This document shows positions 58,017-64,000 of a DNA stretch of 64,000 nucleotides, one piece after another. The notes under the pieces are model-generated. The model worked only from the letters and a program-made list of their open reading frames with translations, was not told where the DNA came from and searched no databases. The first letter of the stretch is position 1. Each line of letters begins with the position of its first letter. A program made the position numbers and the translations under genes. Source of the stretch: Eledone cirrhosa (lineage: Eukaryota); assembly GCA_964016885.1 (NCBI GenBank), contig OZ024742.1, positions 124,434,001-124,498,000 of the forward strand, given 5' to 3'.

Positions 58017-58351
58017 ATATATATATATATGTATGTATATATATATATGTATGTATATAGAAATATAAAATTGAAATATAAAAAGAGGTATTCAATTAAC
58101 TTATGTACATCAAGATACGAGTAAGCTCAGTGTCTGGTTACTACCAGTAATCATGCAACTCAAACCAACCCAAGTTAATATAATATATAGTATAAGGTCA
58201 GGATAATTGAAGATAAATAATATTAAAGAGCCTAAAACGAAATATTTAACTTTCGACAATTGTTTCGATTAAATGTAGATAAATATACAATTAGTCCATA
58301 ATTTAACAGTTAAAATAATTGCATTATTGATGTAAACATACCAATGTAAAT

Positions 58352-58541
58352 TGGCGGTGGATTGGCAGTATCGGTAGAGGGTCGGACGCCATGCTTTCCA
58401 GCATAGTTACGTCCCTTTCTGATCTGAGTTCAAATCCCGCCGAGGTTGACTTTGCCTTTCATCCTTACGGGGTCGATAAAATAAAGTACCAGTAAGGCAC
58501 TGGGTAATTGCTGGCCTTGTGCCTAAAGTAGAAACAATTAT
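58352..58541 (+). mobile_element. Full-length tRNA-derived SINE
   Basis: Box A tggcagtatcggtag, box B gagttcaaatccc, central gactttgcctttcatcct..ggggtcgataaaataaagtaccag (resembles the Deu/Nin-type domain) and tail gtagaaacaattatt. The direct repeat attattgatgtaaacata occurs on both sides. Confidence 0.85.
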
Positions 58542-58938
58542 TGATGTAAACATAATGACAAAACATAAAGATAACTGATCGTACGCAAACATACACGTCT
58601 ACACACACACATCTAACCACGCACGCACTCTCTCACTCACACACACATACATAATACATAGGTTTGTGTGTGTACGTGTGCATAACTGTTATTTCACCTA
58701 CTTGTTTCCTTTCTTCTTTTTCTTTTATTCATCCAGCTCACTCAACCACCTCTCGCTAAGCTTAGCCTTCAACCCTCACGTCATAGCACCAGGGAGTACG
58801 CGCGACTTCAATGTCTACACAACCCATTATATATATAACAAAAGAAATATGGTAAGGAACCAGATGGACCATAACGCACCTGAGTCCAGAAATAGCCCTC
58901 GAAACGGCTTGAGCTCTGCCGTCGGGGTCATATTTCTT

Positions 58939-58975
<37 letters not shown>

Positions 58976-59851
58976 GGTGGCTGCCAACTCGTTTTCGAGT
59001 ACGGCCACTACTTTATATCCATGTAGGAGAACGCCTACCGATGCGCTGAACGAGTGTGACTTTGTTAGTCCAGCCAGCGTATTGAAAACTCTGGTACAAA
59101 CACTACACTTGTGACAATTATTGACGCATAGTGCTGGGCCCATCGTACCATGTGAGGACAAGTGCAGAGAGATCTCCAGATATAAAGCAATGCCTGTGCC
59201 GTGAAGCTTTTATAGTGAGCAAAGGCACTGCACAAAGCCAGTCCCACTCTCTTAACCAAGATGATATTTACCAAAAAGAAGAACAAGTCAACATCATTGG
59301 ATACCATCAGGGTTGCAGGTATCAGAGTTTTCCTTCTCCCAGAATTCTGCCTTGACAAAGGCTAAGGGGTCATCTCTGCTGGTGATTTTGGATGGCCATT
59401 GACTCTTAAGAGCTCCTTTGCCCTTTGACAGGTTTTGTTTTTAGTCCTGAGGATGTCCAAAGTTACCCTCCTCAACAAGAAACCTTGGTGGGGTTGCCAG
59501 TTTAGTCGCCAACGTCCCGACCATGAGACAGGTTGTACTGGGGTACATGTTACCAGTAGCACCAACTACTACATACATACATACGTAGAGAGGGAGAGAC
59601 GAGGAAAGATAAAGTAGTAATAGAGGGGGGAGGGAGAAAGCGGGTAGATGACAGGAAGCGGCTAAGTGAGAGGGCAAAACAGATTAAATCTCTAATCTGT
59701 CCGAGAGATGAAATAGTTATTGAGACGGTCTGTATATATATTCGATATCTTCCGTTGCTTCAGGTTAAATTTATCAATCCAATATGCTATTTCAACCCTC
59801 GCAATTTTAGACACCCAATTTATTGTGTTTATTTTCTACATATATTATTAT

Positions 59852-60019
59852 ATAATTGTTTCTACTTTTGGCACAAGGCCAGCAATTATCCCAGTGTATT
59901 ACTGGTACTTTATTTTATCGACCCCGTAAGGATGAAAGGCAAAGTTAACCTCGGCGGGATTTGAACTCAGACCATAAAGGGCTGTAACTCTTTGCAGCAA
60001 AGCATTGCGTCCGACCCTC
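59852..60019 (-). mobile_element. tRNA-derived SINE
   Basis: Reverse complement of the 58352-58541 consensus, with the 5' end clipped. Confidence 0.85.
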
Positions 60020-61146
60020 AATGCTCAGTACTTTGAGCTTGTCAATTACGTGGTATGAATATGAGTTAGTAACTCTGTATTTTATTTGTATGTATATATA
60101 TATATATATATATATATAACTTTTTTTATAGCCAAGTACATACCATATTTTTCTTCATGATCAAAACAGGTTCACAGCATAACATTACATTATACTTAAC
60201 AAAGTTTTATAGTGTGCAGATAGAAATCAATTTCTAGGCTTCAGTAAACGGTAGTAGCATTCTTCGAATATTAAATAAACATAATATCCGAACACACACC
60301 ATGTAATTATTATTTGGTAATCTTTACACCATATATATTGATATTTTATTTTATCTTCCTTGTAACAACTTGTTTGTTGTAATACCATCTTTTGTTTGCT
60401 TTGCAAGTATATTTCTACAAACCACAACCTAAAATATTATTAATTAATCAATGATAATATCAGCAGACAAGTCTTAACAGACAATCTACAGGAGTAATAT
60501 AAATCCTATTAATTTATAAATCACCACTATGTTTAACCTCTTATAATTTTATAACTTTTTCATCTGGTACTAAATATACAAACTTATTCTAGAGAATCCT
60601 TTTATCCTTATCGCTATAAAATATTTCGGTCTAAAAGGTAACGTATTTAACTCTATAAATCATGAAACCTTTTTCAAACACGTACTTCTACAGTACGTCA
60701 TTTTAGCTGAGCTGTAGTCCTTGGTTACACAAAATCCAATACACGGAGATTCATATCTGAATTGGTTTAGTCAGGTGGAATTCAAGCATTAGATTTCTAT
60801 AACAGCATACAAGGCCAAAATAATTCTAAGGGAAACACCGGGTCTCGAGTAGTATGGATAACTTAATTAATCGCTAAGCTAGAATGCTACAGCGGGCTTT
60901 GCCATTTCACCATAAATTCTACAAGCACAGAATAGCTTTGCGATGGACCTATCCGGAAAGCGTAAAGAATCATGAAATCCTTTTGCACGCAGTGTTATAG
61001 TATCCCCCACATATTGTTGAAATTTGTTGGACATCTGTTATCGCATGCAGGACGGATCCGGCTATCGGCTAAGACTATTGTGAGGATCGCTCTGCTGTCC
61101 TCGATTGGCCAGGATGAAGCGGCCAGGTTCGATTAGCCAGGCTGAA

Positions 61147-61300
61147 GATGCTTTGACGCATAGAGTTAAGGCCCTTTCCATTCTGAGTTCAAATCCCGCC
61201 GAGGTTAAGTTTGCCTTTCTTCCTTACTGGATCGATACAATAAAGTACCAGTAATGCACTGGGTAATTGCTAGCCTTGATCCAAAAGTAGAAACAATTAT
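61147..61300 (+). mobile_element. tRNA-derived SINE
   Basis: ctgagttcaaatcccgccgaggtt...aaagtagaaacaattatt. Confidence 0.85.
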
Positions 61301-61931
61301 TTAATGCAAACTACTATTATAAAATAAATTCGTACTTATAACTCAGAATCTCAAATTCCTCTGGTATGATCGCTAGACTTTATAACTGAACCTTTGGTAT
61401 AGGGAATACAATACAAATAATCTCCAGTATATTCACACAACATTATTTGCAGGTATTAACAGATGATGCACCAGATGTTGTTGTTATATAGAATCAGTTA
61501 AGTACAGAGTGATTTGGCTTATCATAAGATGTATTCCAATCACGAGCGTCCATGCTATCGGTCAGTTGACACGTAATATATTAAAGACAGGCACTGTTTG
61601 AAAGGATGGTGATCTGCTAGTTATTCGAAGAGCGATGTGATAGGAACATGGTTGAGGATTTGATTATCTTTAGATATTTATCCGTTTCTTTACGGCCTGA
61701 TCTCAAATAAACCTGAATGAGACAAACGTCCATTTACATGTTACCTAGGATGCAAAGCGGAGTTACCAGTTTGTGTGTTGGCGTATATTTTAGAACTTTG
61801 CATGCTTCCTTCTCTTTTTGTCTTCCAGTTTTATCTTCTTACGACATTTGTCACTATCTAAATAATCGAGGATTTTGCATTTGACCTACCTAGTTTTTTT
61901 CCCTTATTCACAACAGGTAATTATGCAAATT

Positions 61932-62113
61932 ATAATTGTTTCTACTTTTGGCACAAGACCAGTAATTACCCAGTGCATTACCGGTACTTTATTTTATCGA
62001 CCCCGTAAGGATGAAAAGCAAAGTTGACCTCGGCGGGATTTGAACTCAGAATGGCAAGGGCCATAAACACTATGCGTTAAAGCATGGCGTCCGCCTCTCT
62101 ACCCACATTGCCA
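61932..62113 (-). mobile_element. tRNA-derived SINE
   Basis: Reverse complement of the same consensus. Confidence 0.85.
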
Positions 62114-62906
62114 AATGCCCAACATTTCGTGTCATATTTATCTAACTCTAAAAATCATAACTTTTTTCCAAGGCAGCCTTGAGAAAACAATGTTGTGATA
62201 ATGTGTTTGTATAAGACCGAAACATGTGCCCATCTCTGTCATTGACTGCTAAAAAAAAGTCAGAGTTTTTCTTAGTATGAAAACTATTTTTTAACAATAC
62301 TTAATATTTAATTCCTTCGTATTATTATTCTGCGTGTCTCTAAAAGTGGTAGGAACGAATTTTGTACATCGAATTTTAAAGGATAATTCAAATATTCAAT
62401 GTTAAGTAAATTGTTTCGTCATCACGGTGTGGTGCCTTGGTAGTATCGGTAGAGCGTCAAACTTTGCGACATGGAGCTGTATCCCTTTGAGTGAGTTTAA
62501 ATGCCGTCCTGGTCAGATTTGCGTTTCATGCTTTTGCTATCCGGTATATACTCAATCGAGTTAAATTATCTAAATTCTTGACATTGAGCCACTATAGTTA
62601 CGTCCCTTTTCTCGTGTCTTGTACTTCATGATCTGTTTGTTAATACCACCAGGATTGTGTTGTTTCTTTTCATATTATGCCATGTCGCATATTTTTTTTT
62701 CAATTTTGGAAAATAAAGATCTATAGTATCTTATTGTTTGCTTTATCTTCAAAGGTTATAGTGAAATAATTTAGTATATTTTTATGTTGTCAGGAGAGAT
62801 CTGTATTGTAAAATCTTTTAAGTAAATGTAATATATTTACGCCCACATTTTTACACATACATACTAAAACATACCCACACACTTACGTATACATACACAA
62901 CGTATG

Positions 62907-62940
<34 letters not shown>

Positions 62941-62953
62941 AACACACACACAC

Positions 62954-63047
<94 letters not shown>

Positions 63048-64000
63048 TATTAATATGATCTTAAACTAATTTTCATATTTTGTTTCCGTCAGTATTTTTT
63101 TACATTTTCAAACTGGACCATTGTGTAAATTTCTATAACTCGTTTGATCTTTTTAACTGTTATTTTAAAATTACATTCTTTGTTTCTTTGGAGTTTGTGA
63201 CCTTTAAACGAAAGTTTTTGTTAGATTATTATTGATTAAATATTCTTAAAACTTCTATTATCATGATGTTTATCGACAAACAATTGCTTTCAACATAGAA
63301 AGATAATTGTTTCATAGCCTTTTAGTAATTCCTTAATATTAAGTTAATTCACAAATTTATTCGAATTCTCTTTATATTCTTTATTAAATGGTGATATACA
63401 TACCGTAAATATACATACATAGATACATACACACACGCAAAAACACACACATACACTTACACACACATATATATATATAAATATATTTAAATGTGTGTGT
63501 ATGTATGTGTGTATGGGTGTGTGTATTGTGTGCGTGAGTGTGTGTGTGTGTGTATTTGTATATATATATACATATACTGCTGCATTATGCTATTGTAGGC
63601 TTAGTTTATCAAGATAAAATCTAGAGCTGTTGAATACCTGATTGATTTTCATTTATCGTTTATTCGTTTGCTTTTTAATGTATCGAACGTGAAAGGTTTA
63701 TAGAAAATTTGAAGCTATATTGTGTTTAGAATATAAAATTGCATTGAATTATTCATGATACTCAGTAACAAAATTCTCGGCGATAGGCTTTTTTGATAAC
63801 TTTGTGACTTTCCTATATATGTTGACGTCGGATTCAATTCAAACAATTACAAAATAGCTGACATATTATTGACTTGGAAAAAATGTGGCGATTTAAAAAT
63901 ATTTTTTTATTAAATCTAAATTATTTTCCTGTATTTCTAACATACGCTAAGACATTTTTTTAAATTTCTTACTATCTTAGACCATTGAACCTTTTCATAT

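Noticed and set aside
58251-58310. GAAACAATTGTC on the minus strand (HHR 3' half); similarly GAAACTAATAAGTC at 57504-57517
   Set aside because: There is no CUGANGA half upstream, so these are not callable as ribozymes.
58352-58541. tRNA gene (box A and box B present)
   Set aside because: There is no cloverleaf, the spacer is long, and it has a shared non-tRNA body and several dispersed copies, so it is a SINE.
58975-59565. GC-richer block resembling a LINE (RTE-type) 5' UTR, possibly with an HDV-like ribozyme
   Set aside because: There is no adjacent ORF, and I could not trace a nested double pseudoknot by eye.

Overview
Eukaryotic, AT-rich, microsatellite-saturated DNA ((TA)n, (CA)n, (TAG)n, (GAA)n) with no host gene I can support. 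The SINE types and repeat density suggest an octopus or other cephalopod genome (inference). All recognisable coding sequence is decayed retrotransposon. There are five Penelope-like elements (PLEs, RT plus GIY-YIG) from at least three lineages: Naiad-like at 1-1135 and 4593-8128, one with ~915-bp inverted termini at 28211-33070, and Neptune-like at 38106-39879 and 53940-55890. There is also one near full-length L1/Tx1 LINE (20195-25706, minus), RTE fragments, tRNA-derived SINEs, a hAT MITE and several fold-back repeats. The main signal invisible in the ORF track is RNA structure. At least 12 complete or near-complete type I hammerhead ribozyme (HHR) motifs, plus several half motifs, sit in PLE pseudo-LTRs and in short ORF-less modules inserted into (TA)n tracts, often with a partial inverted copy of themselves. 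This looks like a multi-family population of non-autonomous, ribozyme-bearing (retrozyme-like) elements living off the PLEs. All folds and alignments were done by eye.
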